Of a DNA stretch of 64,000 nucleotides, positions 9,240-19,116 are shown piece by piece (positions within the stretch are counted from its first letter, which is position 1; the number at the start of each line of letters is the position of its first letter). Both the position numbers and the translations under genes were made by a program. The notes below the pieces were generated by a model that did not search any database, was not told the DNA's origin, and saw nothing but the letters and a program-made list of their open reading frames with translations. This DNA is from an uncultured Chthonomonadaceae bacterium. GTDB taxonomy: Bacteria; Armatimonadota; Chthonomonadetes; Chthonomonadales; Chthonomonadaceae. The DNA is taken from the NCBI GenBank assembly GCA_963835065.1, contig CAWIEK010000024.1, forward strand, positions 32,001-96,000. Direction: 5' to 3'.

Positions 9240-10333
9240 AGTGCCTGAAACAGCGCTTCCCACTGCGGCACGACGGCGTGGGAACTGTAGGCGCGAACCA
9301 CATGGGCGCGTAAGGCTTGGCCCAGGCGGGCGCGTTGGCCGGGTTGGTCAATCAAGTTAAGCATTGCTTGCGCGACGGCGGGCGGAGTTTCATGCGGCAC
9401 GAACACGCCTGAAATGCCGTCTTCGATTTGCTGCGGCGTACCGCCGTCGCGGGTAGCGATGACGGGCAAGCCCGCCGCGCCCGCTTCGGCAATCACGTGC
9501 GGCATCCCCTCGCCCTGCGACAGCCAGGTGAAAATATCCAGCCCGGACAGCAGGCGCGGCACGTCGGGACGGTCGCCGGTGAAAATCATGCGGTCAGCCA
9601 ATCCCCGCTCCTGCGCCTGTTGCTTTAATCCGTCCGCATATTCCGGGTGAAACGCATCCGGCCCGCCGATAACGACAAAACGCGCGTTCGGACGCTGAGG
9701 CGCGACAAGGGCGCAGGCTTCGACAAAATCCTGTACGCGCTTTTTGGGGTCCAGCCGCCCCACCCATCCAATTACAACCGCATCAGGCGCGACGTTCCAC
9801 TCCGCCCGTACCGCTGCGCGGTCTTCCGGGCGAAACTCCGACATATCCACCATGCTCGGAATTTCCAGCGCCCATTCGGGGTCGGGCATCACCGTTGCCG
9901 CCGCGTCCCGAATGTCTTTGCACACGCCCACATAGGCGCTCGTATGGTGCTTGGGATTGTGGAACGCTTCGGACACCAGCCCGCCATGCTCAATTAAAGG
10001 TGGAACCGGCCCGCCGTCCGCGCGCAGCAAATCATAGGCCACATACACGGGGCGGACGCCCTGACACGCCACCACGACATTAAACTGATCGTCGCGTATC
10101 CGTTGCGCGATATGCGGCCCGTGTTCCTCCGGCCCCGTGCCGTAGCAGTACGTGTCTACGGCAACGCCCAATTCGCGCAACTGCTCGTGCGTCTGGTACG
10201 GCATGTTGGGACGCCGGTACGTGGACAGCGCTTCCAGATGGTAGCGCTTGCGATCCAGACACCGCGCCAACAGCCGCAGTTCCGTTTCTTCCCCGCCCAC
10301 CACCAGCCACGCAAACACAAACAAAATCTTCAC
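9227..10333 (-). CDS. GT4 glycosyltransferase
   Basis: GRLDPKK, EGMPHVIAEAGAAGLP. Confidence 0.92.
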   Translation of the reverse strand: MKILFVFAWLVVGGEETELRLLARCLDRKRYHLEALSTYRRPNMPYQTHEQLRELGVAVDTYCYGTGPEEHGPHIAQRIRDDQFNVVVACQGVRPVYVAYDLLRADGGPVPPLIEHGGLVSEAFHNPKHHTSAYVGVCKDIRDAAATVMPDPEWALEIPSMVDMSEFRPEDRAAVRAEWNVAPDAVVIGWVGRLDPKKRVQDFVEACALVAPQRPNARFVVIGGPDAFHPEYADGLKQQAQERGLADRMIFTGDRPDVPRLLSGLDIFTWLSQGEGMPHVIAEAGAAGLPVIATRDGGTPQQIEDGISGVFVPHETPPAVAQAMLNLIDQPGQRARLGQALRAHVVRAYSSHAVVPQWEALFQALDKR

Positions 10334-10348
10334 GGGTTTACTTGTTCC

Positions 10349-11491
10349 TTACCCTTCGCACTCCAACACCACCTGCAAAGCCTGCCCGCCCTCATGCGCC
10401 AGCAGGGAAAAGGCTTCCTGCGCTTCGGCAAACGGCAGGATGTGCGTAATCAGGTGTTCGCGTACATCCGCGCCTCTTTCCTGTAAAAACGCGAGGGTTG
10501 TCAGTGCCAGGCGGCGGTGGTTCCATGTTGCCGACATCTTGCGTGGGACGCGGTAGATTTGGGCGCAGATATGTTTCAGGCCGTTGTGGTGGAATTCGCG
10601 CCCCAGTTGCAGATTGTTCGCGCCGCCCTGATAAAAGCCCAGGTCAATGACGGGGCACTGTGGCTGCAAAGCGCGCAGGCACAAATGCAACAGTTCGTCC
10701 GAACCCGAACATTGGAAGGCTATGTCCGCGCCCCGGTTGCCCAATCCGTCGTGCCAGTGCGTTTTGGCCCACCAGCCCACGTCTATCTCCTGCGTGTTCA
10801 GAGCCGTCATGCCAAGCCGCGTCGCCCGCTCCAATTTCCACGCATTGCGGCCCGCAACTGCCACTTCCGCCGCGCCCGCCCACTGGCACAACATGCCCGT
10901 AAACAGCCCGATAACGCCCGTGCCGCCGATTAGAACGCGCTTGCCTCGGACGCCGCAGCCAAAGGTTTGCGCATTTGCGCCGAACGCTTCTTCATCCGCA
11001 TGAAGCAGGCCATTGGCGCAAATCGGCCCCATCTGCGCCACATAAATACCGAGCATGGGATCGAAATCGGGAGGGAGAGGATAATACAGTTCGTTGCGGG
11101 CCAAAACCGTATGCCCGCTCTTGTGTCCATACGTCACGCTGACCGTTTGCCCGGCTTCCACGCCCCACGCCCGCGACGCGACGACCTGCCCCACCTGCAT
11201 ATAGCCGGAAAACGGCAGGGGATACTGCGCCCTGTCGCCCCAATCGAAGAACACTTTGAGGTCATTATCCCAACGCGCATGAAGATAGGGGTTGGTTCCG
11301 AGGAAATGGGTCAGTTCGGTTCCCGTGGAAAGCCCGCAATACAAGGTGCGAACGCGAAACGCCTCCGGGGGCAGTTCGCCCTCTTCGTAATGAAAAATCG
11401 CGGCGCGTTCGGGCGCTACAAACCCAATATGCTCCACGCCAAACGGCCCCTGATAAGCGTTTTCCTGTTCGCGGCTCATGCGTCCATCCAA
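10349..11491 (-). CDS. MDR-family (zinc-type alcohol dehydrogenase-like) oxidoreductase
   Basis: GLSTGTE GroES-like start, GxGxxG (GTGVIG) Rossmann motif. Confidence 0.8.
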   Translation of the reverse strand: MDGRMSREQENAYQGPFGVEHIGFVAPERAAIFHYEEGELPPEAFRVRTLYCGLSTGTELTHFLGTNPYLHARWDNDLKVFFDWGDRAQYPLPFSGYMQVGQVVASRAWGVEAGQTVSVTYGHKSGHTVLARNELYYPLPPDFDPMLGIYVAQMGPICANGLLHADEEAFGANAQTFGCGVRGKRVLIGGTGVIGLFTGMLCQWAGAAEVAVAGRNAWKLERATRLGMTALNTQEIDVGWWAKTHWHDGLGNRGADIAFQCSGSDELLHLCLRALQPQCPVIDLGFYQGGANNLQLGREFHHNGLKHICAQIYRVPRKMSATWNHRRLALTTLAFLQERGADVREHLITHILPFAEAQEAFSLLAHEGGQALQVVLECEG

Positions 11492-11607
11492 TCCCGGTCT
11501 ACAGATGTAATGTATCGGCTGCGTTGTTAAGTTCCACTCGCCTGGACGCCGTACCGCCGCCTGCTTCCGAACTCTTCTTTATCTACGTCTTTGGAGCGTC
11601 AATTTCT

Positions 11608-12843
11608 TCAATCTGAAGTTATAATTTGTTTGTCCGGCAGCAGCAGGCGCATCTCGATTTTGTCCGCGCCGAAATAGCCCTGCTGTCGGCGCACTCCAGC
11701 AGGAACTTTCACCACAAGCGCCTGACGGCTTTGCGCCACATACGCGCCCCTGCGCGCCACAACCCAACCGCCCTCCTCCACGCCCAATCCCGTATAGCCC
11801 GGCTGATCCAGCACCGCTGTCAGCAGGCGCTGCATCCGATTACGGGCAAAAAAATGCTGGTCTACAATGGTTTTGGGCAGCAGGTTGAGGCCGCTTGCCA
11901 GGGGACAGCCGCCGGACTGCAAGCCCTGCGTTTTCACCGTTTCGCCCGTCGGCATTTTGGCTCCCATCAGCGAGGCTCCCGCGCTTGTTCCCCCCACAAC
12001 GCCGCCGCGCCGCAATACCTGTCGTATGGCTTCCGGGACGCCCGAAGTTTCCGGGAAAGCGGTCATAAAGCGGTTCTGGTCGCCGCCCGGTATCCACACG
12101 CCCCGCGCTTCCCGCAAGCGCCTGCACAAGTCGTCGGGAGACAATCCTACCGGAGCATCCACCTGCCGCGCGCCGTTGTCCCGAAACAAGGCGACGGATT
12201 CCGGCCCGCCCACAGCCGGGTCCGCTTCCGTTTGCGGCAAAATCACAATCGGCGCGTCCGGCCCGCCCGCCGCTTCCACAAAGGTCTTTACCAGCGCGGG
12301 CGATGTTTTGCCGCCGCCCGCCACCAGCACGGTTCCGGCGTGGTTCGGCTCTTTTGCAGGCGCGGAACCTTCCGGCAGTTGTCCGGCTGCCGTCGTGTCC
12401 TGCGCCTTTCCCTCCTGCACAGTTGCCGCGCCAGGAAGCGTATTCGCCGCGCCGCGTAGTTCTTTGGCTATCGGCGCGTTCAGGCGATCCGGGCGTTCGG
12501 CGGCGTAGCCGGGAGCCACCATCAGCGCCGACAGCAGCCGGAAAGCGGACCGTGAAGCCAACGAGAACGACAAGCCGCCGGGAAGATGCGCGGGCCGAAA
12601 CAACACCCAACCCTGCCACGCAAACACCAGCAGCCAAAACAGCGTCACCCAGGGCGGCTTGGCCCAGCACCGCCACGTTTTCACGCCCTTTAACGCCGCC
12701 AGAACATAGAACAGGGTCGCCAGCCCCGACAGCGCGAACAGCGCGTACTTTTGAAAAATCAGCACGAGAAACGCCGCCTTACAAAACGTAAAAGCGTAGC
12801 CCTCGTACTTGCGCCCCTGCTCTTGTCTGTCCCATTCGCTCAT
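11608..12843 (-). CDS. Cyanophycinase-like S51 peptidase with N-terminal Cys-containing membrane segment
   Basis: GGDQNR, GGTSAGA, DQHF..RNR..RL motifs; first ~90 aa are hydrophobic and unrelated to S51. Confidence 0.8.
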   Translation of the reverse strand: MSEWDRQEQGRKYEGYAFTFCKAAFLVLIFQKYALFALSGLATLFYVLAALKGVKTWRCWAKPPWVTLFWLLVFAWQGWVLFRPAHLPGGLSFSLASRSAFRLLSALMVAPGYAAERPDRLNAPIAKELRGAANTLPGAATVQEGKAQDTTAAGQLPEGSAPAKEPNHAGTVLVAGGGKTSPALVKTFVEAAGGPDAPIVILPQTEADPAVGGPESVALFRDNGARQVDAPVGLSPDDLCRRLREARGVWIPGGDQNRFMTAFPETSGVPEAIRQVLRRGGVVGGTSAGASLMGAKMPTGETVKTQGLQSGGCPLASGLNLLPKTIVDQHFFARNRMQRLLTAVLDQPGYTGLGVEEGGWVVARRGAYVAQSRQALVVKVPAGVRRQQGYFGADKIEMRLLLPDKQIITSD

Positions 12844-12896
12844 CGCACCCTCCGATTCAGGTATTCGGTGTTCAGGAAATGCAAAAGCATAGAGGT

Positions 12897-13442
12897 TTAC
12901 TTTAGCACGTCAAGATTATTATCTGCAGCATCTCCAATACTGGACTGTTGCCTGCTCCGCCATACCTTCCGACAGAGTATAATGCCGCCTACTAATCCAC
13001 TGCCGTAACTGCCCAGATGGATCCACAAATCGGTTAAAAAATAAACATGGCGACTGGCAGGAATTTGAGAAGCAAGTGGCTCTACCAAGTACACCAGACG
13101 CGCTGTTGCGGCGGCAAAGCCGATGATACCCGCAAGAATAGCACAACACGCCATCGCGCCAAGCAAAATGCCAATCGGACGCGCTAACGACCAAACCGAA
13201 CGTTTCGGAGCCTCACCATGCAGCGCGGCAAACGCGAGCGGAATGCCGAGAAGCAACCCTACCCACCATGTAGCAACAATTCCCCAACCCAACCCCAACA
13301 GCGTGGGATTGTCTGTGCCGAAAATGTTCGGATGTCCAATCGTAAAATATTCGACACAAATACGCGCCGTGATTTGGTCATGGATGATACCGTAGCAAAC
13401 CGCCGCAACGATGCACAACAGGATGATAGTTAAGAATTTCAA
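12897..13442 (-). CDS. Hypothetical 4-TM membrane protein
   Basis: 181 aa, TTG start with GGAGG SD; YGIIHDQIT..IC.EYF..GH motif. Confidence 0.7.
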   Translation of the reverse strand: MKFLTIILLCIVAAVCYGIIHDQITARICVEYFTIGHPNIFGTDNPTLLGLGWGIVATWWVGLLLGIPLAFAALHGEAPKRSVWSLARPIGILLGAMACCAILAGIIGFAAATARLVYLVEPLASQIPASRHVYFLTDLWIHLGSYGSGLVGGIILCRKVWRSRQQSSIGDAADNNLDVLK

Positions 13443-13472
13443 AATACCTCCGTCTGCTCAACCCTCAACTAC

Positions 13473-14969
13473 TCAACTCTCAACGCTCAATGGAATAATC
13501 GTTTCCGGCTTCCTTTGCCCACGATGAAACACGTTGTACTCGCAGAAGGAAACGGCTTCGCCCTGCGCGTTCAGGATTTTGGTGCAGCACTGTTGGATAC
13601 GCTTGTGGTCGTATGTGTGCGCGTCCATGAACGGTTTTACCACGACGCGAAACACGCGCCTGCCGAACTGTTCCGGCTGCCCGATGAGCGGCAATACATC
13701 CCGCAGGCCGCTGCGCAAAAACAGGGTCGCCAGGTCGCGCAGGGTTTGGCGGGCGCGCAAATGGGCTACGTCCGACCAGACCCGCCGCGCCGCGCCGCCC
13801 AGCATCCCCGCGAAACTGATCCGATCCGCGAACAAATCCAGATAGCGGGCCACGTCCAGATGGCGCGGCAGGGGCGTAATAGTTTCGCGCTTGGCGTCCA
13901 GAAAGCCATACGTCAGGGCGCAGCAATCGGGGTGCGAACAGGGCAGGCCGACAAAATCGCTCGTCAGCAACGCGCCGCCCGTTTGACAATCCAACTCGCG
14001 CAGCACGTCCGTCATGGTCAAGCGCTCATGCGCGGCGAATTCATGTTCGTACCGCCCCGCGCTCATTACGGGCTGAAACGTCAGGCCGTTGATGTTATCG
14101 AGTGACAGGGCGTAGCGGTACAGGTCGCCGATTTCATCGTCATTAACGCCCCGCTCCAATGTCGCCACAAGAGTTACGAACAAGCCCTTTTCCTGCGCCC
14201 GCCGCAAGGCTTTCTGCTTGACGGCAATCAAGTCCCGCCCGTACAAACGCGCCTGCACATCCGCCCGGAAACTGGAAAACGAGAAAAACAACTCCACGCG
14301 CTCACGATGCGCCGCCAGAACTTCCAGCAGTTCGTCGCTTTGCTCCAAACGCAGGCCGTTGGTATTCACCAGGATACGCCCGATGGGATATTCTAACGCC
14401 AAATTGAGCATTTCGGCAAAGTGGGGATGAATGGTCGGCTCACCGCCACTGAGCATTAGCACATCCAGACTGCGCTGTGTCCGAAAAAACGTGTCCAATC
14501 GCTGTCGCGCCGTTTCCACGCTCATAAAATCGTGCCCCCGCGCATCCGCATAGCACGTCGGGCAGCGCAGATTACACGCGAGGGTGATTTCCAGCAGCAG
14601 CACACAGGTGGGAGGAGCGGGAGGAAAGGATGAATCCATTGCCGGTTGCCGATTGCCGACTGCCGATTGGGTTTTTCCTGTTCCCTGTTCCCTGTTCCCT
14701 GTTTCCTCTTCTATTCCCCCGCAGCAGGCGGAGTCGCTGCCGCAGCAGCCGGTGATTGCGCTTGGCAGCCCGACACGCGGCGACACGTACCGGCGGAGGC
14801 GCAGGTACTCGTTGGCGTCTGATGCCAGCAGCGCTTTAGATGCGCCGTGACGCGGACAGGTTCGTTCCATCCACACTCGTTCCGCCTCGACAAACAGCCG
14901 GGCGGGAACCGTCCGCAGGCACGTCGGGCACAATCCGTCCGTCTGCTCGGTCCACTCTGCCATTTCCAT
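13473..14969 (-). CDS. Radical SAM enzyme, Tes/GDGT-MAS (MJ0619/COG1964)-like
   Basis: N-terminal CPTC...CPRH, CNLRCPTC SAM motif, PCSHPDC, C-terminal FMD...R...CC...FCEYN. Confidence 0.85.
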   Translation of the reverse strand: MEMAEWTEQTDGLCPTCLRTVPARLFVEAERVWMERTCPRHGASKALLASDANEYLRLRRYVSPRVGLPSAITGCCGSDSACCGGIEEETGNREQGTGKTQSAVGNRQPAMDSSFPPAPPTCVLLLEITLACNLRCPTCYADARGHDFMSVETARQRLDTFFRTQRSLDVLMLSGGEPTIHPHFAEMLNLALEYPIGRILVNTNGLRLEQSDELLEVLAAHRERVELFFSFSSFRADVQARLYGRDLIAVKQKALRRAQEKGLFVTLVATLERGVNDDEIGDLYRYALSLDNINGLTFQPVMSAGRYEHEFAAHERLTMTDVLRELDCQTGGALLTSDFVGLPCSHPDCCALTYGFLDAKRETITPLPRHLDVARYLDLFADRISFAGMLGGAARRVWSDVAHLRARQTLRDLATLFLRSGLRDVLPLIGQPEQFGRRVFRVVVKPFMDAHTYDHKRIQQCCTKILNAQGEAVSFCEYNVFHRGQRKPETIIPLSVES

Positions 14970-15057
14970 ACCGTTTTCTACGCTTTCTTCAAACAGGCAA
15001 TGCAGGCATCAGGCACAAGTTTCAAGCATACCTGTACCGAACACCCTTAGATGTGAG

Positions 15058-15219
15058 TAACTTTTCACCACCAAGACGCCAAGAACACCAAGAGAAAACA
15101 GGCCACAAAAAGACACAGAATCGAAGTTGGTTTCGTTCTCTCCTGCAATTTCACTACGTTGTTCTTCTCGTCCTTCTTGTTCTGCTTGGTGTTCTTAGTG
15201 TCTTGGTGGTGAAAAGTTA
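15058..15219. repeat. CACCAAGA-based inverted-repeat element, copy 1
   Basis: TTTTCACCACCAAGACGCCAAGAACACCAAG...CTTGGTGTTCTTAGTGTCTTGGTGGTGAAAA; second copy 23479-23610. Confidence 0.85.
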
Positions 15220-15228
15220 GCGATGTGA

Positions 15229-15585
15229 TTATATATTTCTGCACAGTATCAGGATTCCCAGGAAAATCAACAGCACAACCAAGAAGGGAATCATCATGCC
15301 GCAGGCCGCGAAATGGGATCGTCGGTACACATACAGCGCGGCCAAAACCGTGCCTACCCAGGGCAGAGAGTACAGCCATAACGCGCTTGGAAACACAGAT
15401 ATGAACGCCACGCTGACGACGCTCAACCCGATCAGCAAACCGAAGGATAGGCCGAACCCCGCCAGTATGTCCAGGGCTTTGTTGTTCGTCAGCAGCTTGG
15501 GCGATGGATGCAGCGACGTGCCGCATTGCGGACAGTAGAGGGTGTTGGGAGGCGTCTGGATATGACAATTCGGGCATTGTTTCAT
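15229..15585 (-). CDS. Zinc-ribbon membrane protein with C-terminal Cys
   Basis: CPNC...CPQC, three TM segments, ends ILILCRNI; GGAGGAGG SD. Confidence 0.75.
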   Translation of the reverse strand: MKQCPNCHIQTPPNTLYCPQCGTSLHPSPKLLTNNKALDILAGFGLSFGLLIGLSVVSVAFISVFPSALWLYSLPWVGTVLAALYVYRRSHFAACGMMIPFLVVLLIFLGILILCRNI

Positions 15586-15664
15586 GTTGGTTCCTCCTCC
15601 GGCAGCGCGCAATAAAATGGTTCATCCGGTTCGTGAACGCAAGGGACGGCCCGTGATTGGCGTG

Positions 15665-16342
15665 TTAGGAAAGCGCGAAACTGTCCGTCGCTTGTCCTGC
15701 GCGCAGCAAGTGGCGCAGGCGAACCGAAAAGAAAATCGCGCCCGCGATACATGCCCACTGCGCAGCGGTAATCATGGCGGCATCGGGATGGTCGCGCCAG
15801 AATTCCACGCCGAACCGCGCTATGCAGTACAAGGCTCCCTGCGCGCAAAACAGCGCGTTTTCCGGCAGGGTTTGGTTTCGCCGCGCTTCCAGCAAAATCA
15901 GGACGATCAAAATCAGCAGGCAGGACAGGGATAAATATAGCTGCGTGGGATGGCGATACGCGCCGTGCTGCCACACCGCCCATGCCATGCCCGTCGGCTT
16001 GCCATAGCAGCACCCGCCGAAAAAACAGCCCCACCGCCCCACCGCTTCGCCCGCGCAAATCGCCACCGCGAATAAATCTCCCGTCGGGCGTCGGATGCCA
16101 AGCCACTTTTTCGCCAGCGCGACAGCCAGATACCCGCCCACAATGCCGCCCAATACCGTTTTGCCAGCCGTGCCCGTCGTCAGCCATTGCGCTACATTCG
16201 CGCACAGCAGCCCGCCGATGATGCCCGCTACGAGCAGCGCGAAAATGCCTTCTGTCGCCAGGCCGCGCCGTCGCGCCATCCACGCGAACGCCGCCAACCC
16301 AGTCAAATATCCTGCCGCATAACAGCCCGCCGAAAGCGTCAT
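15665..16342 (-). CDS. Divergent prolipoprotein diacylglyceryl transferase (Lgt-like)
   Basis: GRWGCFFGGCCYG, HPTQLY, RFGVEFWR motifs; short (225 aa). Confidence 0.85.
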   Translation of the reverse strand: MTLSAGCYAAGYLTGLAAFAWMARRRGLATEGIFALLVAGIIGGLLCANVAQWLTTGTAGKTVLGGIVGGYLAVALAKKWLGIRRPTGDLFAVAICAGEAVGRWGCFFGGCCYGKPTGMAWAVWQHGAYRHPTQLYLSLSCLLILIVLILLEARRNQTLPENALFCAQGALYCIARFGVEFWRDHPDAAMITAAQWACIAGAIFFSVRLRHLLRAGQATDSFALS

Positions 16343-16480
16343 TTCACTCCCATTCCGTAAGCGCTCTGTGATCTCATTCGCGCTTTTTTATTCGCGTTCA
16401 TTCGCGGCTTCTTAACTCTGAAGTCGGTTTTGAAGCCGGTTCGCCAATCTTTGCTCCCCATTTCACCCTTCATTGCCGCG

Positions 16481-16999
16481 TTATTGCCGTGTCAGGGTGA
16501 AGACAGCGCCGACATTGACATGGCTTGGATCGGAAGGCAGTCCGGGCAGGAGCAATATTCCTCCCAAATGTCCCTGAGCGTCAAAACCATAGTTGCCGTT
16601 GGCAGGATTACTCTGGCTGCCCTGCACAACGGTTCCTCTCACAATGCCTGTCGTGGTGTCGCCGCTGGTATCGAATTGGGCGTCCACCGTGCCGTCCTGA
16701 TTGGCAGTCGCATTGTGGAGCGTACCTGTGATTTTGCCCTTCGCGTCAATGTCGAGCGTCAAGTTTCCGGTTTGCAGGGGGCCGAGGGTTGATCCGAGAT
16801 TCGTCGGGGTCTGCCATGTGCCGATCCAGCGGCCAACAAACTTGGAAAGCGGCTGCGGCGGCGTCAGTTGAGCCACGGGAAAAGAGGAGGCTGGCTGAAA
16901 GTCCTGGGGGCGTATAGGCCCGCCATATCCGCATCCAATGAGCAAGCTGCTGCCGAGTGTGAGCGGGATCAGCAGTAAGAGCGCGTGAGAAGTTCGCAT
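16481..16999 (-). CDS. Putative lipoprotein (beta-rich)
   Basis: Signal peptide with lipobox-like LLIG-C; GGAGG SD. Confidence 0.7.
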   Translation of the reverse strand: MRTSHALLLLIPLTLGSSLLIGCGYGGPIRPQDFQPASSFPVAQLTPPQPLSKFVGRWIGTWQTPTNLGSTLGPLQTGNLTLDIDAKGKITGTLHNATANQDGTVDAQFDTSGDTTTGIVRGTVVQGSQSNPANGNYGFDAQGHLGGILLLPGLPSDPSHVNVGAVFTLTRQ

Positions 17000-17185
17000 A
17001 GTCCCTCCTGAATGGCAACGATTGCAAAAACCTACGCTTCTTGCGGCGACACGAAAGCATTCGGATACGCCGCAGTTTGTAGATAGGGCTTTCTTTCGCT
17101 ATTGCTTACCAAACCTCCTGCAAATCCCCCACATTTCTGAGAGGCAAAGAAACTCCTGCGCAAGTTGGACGCGCAAAAACATTCC

Positions 17186-17214
17186 TTGACAACTGCGCGT
17201 TTTCCGAATATGAT
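17186..17214 (+). promoter_or_regulatory. Sigma70-type promoter
   Basis: TTGACA-17-TATGAT, 40 nt upstream of the glycoside hydrolase. Confidence 0.7.
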
Positions 17215-17254
17215 TGAGTAACTTATTCCGCAAGCAAGTAGAAAAGGAACAACC

Positions 17255-19099
17255 ATGCGCTTTCGCACTACCTCACGTATTCTGCTGCCTCTCATTCCGA
17301 TGGCTGCCCTTGCCCTTGCCCTGCCGCAGTTCGCGGCGCGCGGGCAGGCGGACGGCAAGCCGACAGTGGTAAAAATCACTGAAGCCAACGGGACGTTTCA
17401 TCTGACCTGCAACGGACAGCCGTTTGTCATCAAGGGCGCGGGCGGCGACGGCTCCAAGAAACTGCTGCATGACGCGGGCGGCAATTCGTTTCGGACGTGG
17501 GGCGTGGACAATCTCGGCCCGCTGCTTGACGAAGCCCAGAAGCAGGGTTTGATGGTGACGGCGGGAATCTGGCTCGGCCATAAGGAACACGGCTTCGATT
17601 ACAACAACGCCGATCAAGTGGCGGAACAGTACGACAAAGCGCGGCAGGCCATTCTCAAGTACAAAGACCATCCCGCCCTGCTGATGTGGGGCATCGGCAA
17701 CGAAATGGAAGGCTACGAAAAAGGCGACAATGCCGCCATCTGGTCGGCTGTCAACAACATCGCTGCCTTAGCCAAAAAACTTGATCCGAACCATCCCACC
17801 ATGACCGTGATCGCCGAAATCGGCGGCGACAAGGTGAAGAACATCAATCGCCTGTGCCCCGACATAGACATTGTGGGCATCAACAGCTACGGCGGCGGGC
17901 CAAGCCTTGCAGCCCGTTATAAGCAGGCGGGCGGCGTGAAGCCCTATGTGGTCACGGAATTCGGGCCGGCGGGCGTGTGGGAAAGCGGCAAAAACAAGTG
18001 GGGCGCGGTTCCCGAACTGAGCAGCACCGCGAAAGCCGCCGCGTATAAAAACACGTGGCAGCAGGCGATTGCGGGGCAAAGTTTAAGTTTGGGCGGGTAC
18101 GCTTTCGCGTGGGGCAACAAGCAGGAAGCGACGGCAACGTGGTTCGGCCTGCTATTGCCGGACGGCAGCCGATTAGGAGGCGTGGACGCCCTGACGGAGT
18201 GCTGGACAGGCAAGCCGCCCGCCAATCGCTGCCCCGAACTGCGCAGCCTGAAAATCGAGGGCGTGGACGAAGCCGATCCCGGCGCAACCGTAAAAGCCAC
18301 TTTAGACGTTTCAGACCCGGAAAGCGACCCGCTCAAAGTGCAATGGGTGCTGCAGGCCGATGCGGGCAAACTGAATACCAACGGCGACACGGAAGCCGCC
18401 CCGCCAACGTTCCCGGACGCCATTGTCAACAGTGACAGCAAGCAGGCAACGTTACGGATGCCTAAGGGTGGCGGCATTTACCGCTTGTTCGCATACGTGC
18501 GCGACAATCACGGCGGCGCAGCCGTCGCCAACGTTCCGATTTTGGTGAAAGGCGCATCCCCCGCGCCTACGCCTGCCCTTGCCGGCGTTTCCAAAGCCAG
18601 CACCCTGCCTCTCGTTGTGTATGCGGAAGCCGGGCAAACCGTTCCGTTTATCCCGTCCGGTTACATGGGCAATGCGGGCGCGATTAAGATGAACGAACAG
18701 TGCGCGGACAATCCGCACAGCGGCAAAACCTGTCTGGAAGTGCAGTACGCGGCCAAAACGGATTGGGGTGGCGTGGTCTGGCAATCGCCTGCCAACGATT
18801 GGGGCGACCAGCCCGGCGGCAAAAACCTGACCGGAGCCAGCAAATTGACGTTCTGGGCGCGCGGCGCAAAGGGCGGCGAATCCGTAAACTTCCTGTGCGG
18901 CATTATCGGGCGCGACAAACCCTATTTCGACACGGTTCAAGCCAAATTAGAAAAGGCAACGCTGACAAAAGAGTGGAAGCAGTACAGCATTGACCTCAAA
19001 GGCAAAGACCTGACGCGCATCAAAAGCGGCTTCGGCTGGACGCTCGGTTCCACCGGCGAACCCATCACGTTCTACCTCGATGACATTCGCTACGAGTAA
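17255..19099 (+). CDS. Secreted glycoside hydrolase (GH2-like TIM barrel, clan GH-A) with C-terminal carbohydrate-binding module
   Basis: Signal peptide; GNSFRTWG, WGIGNE (acid/base), VVTEFG (nucleophile); C-terminal LTFWARG...WKQYSIDL...FYLDDI. Confidence 0.85.
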   Translation: MRFRTTSRILLPLIPMAALALALPQFAARGQADGKPTVVKITEANGTFHLTCNGQPFVIKGAGGDGSKKLLHDAGGNSFRTWGVDNLGPLLDEAQKQGLMVTAGIWLGHKEHGFDYNNADQVAEQYDKARQAILKYKDHPALLMWGIGNEMEGYEKGDNAAIWSAVNNIAALAKKLDPNHPTMTVIAEIGGDKVKNINRLCPDIDIVGINSYGGGPSLAARYKQAGGVKPYVVTEFGPAGVWESGKNKWGAVPELSSTAKAAAYKNTWQQAIAGQSLSLGGYAFAWGNKQEATATWFGLLLPDGSRLGGVDALTECWTGKPPANRCPELRSLKIEGVDEADPGATVKATLDVSDPESDPLKVQWVLQADAGKLNTNGDTEAAPPTFPDAIVNSDSKQATLRMPKGGGIYRLFAYVRDNHGGAAVANVPILVKGASPAPTPALAGVSKASTLPLVVYAEAGQTVPFIPSGYMGNAGAIKMNEQCADNPHSGKTCLEVQYAAKTDWGGVVWQSPANDWGDQPGGKNLTGASKLTFWARGAKGGESVNFLCGIIGRDKPYFDTVQAKLEKATLTKEWKQYSIDLKGKDLTRIKSGFGWTLGSTGEPITFYLDDIRYE

Positions 19100-19116
19100 A
19101 CCGCTTTACAACTGTT

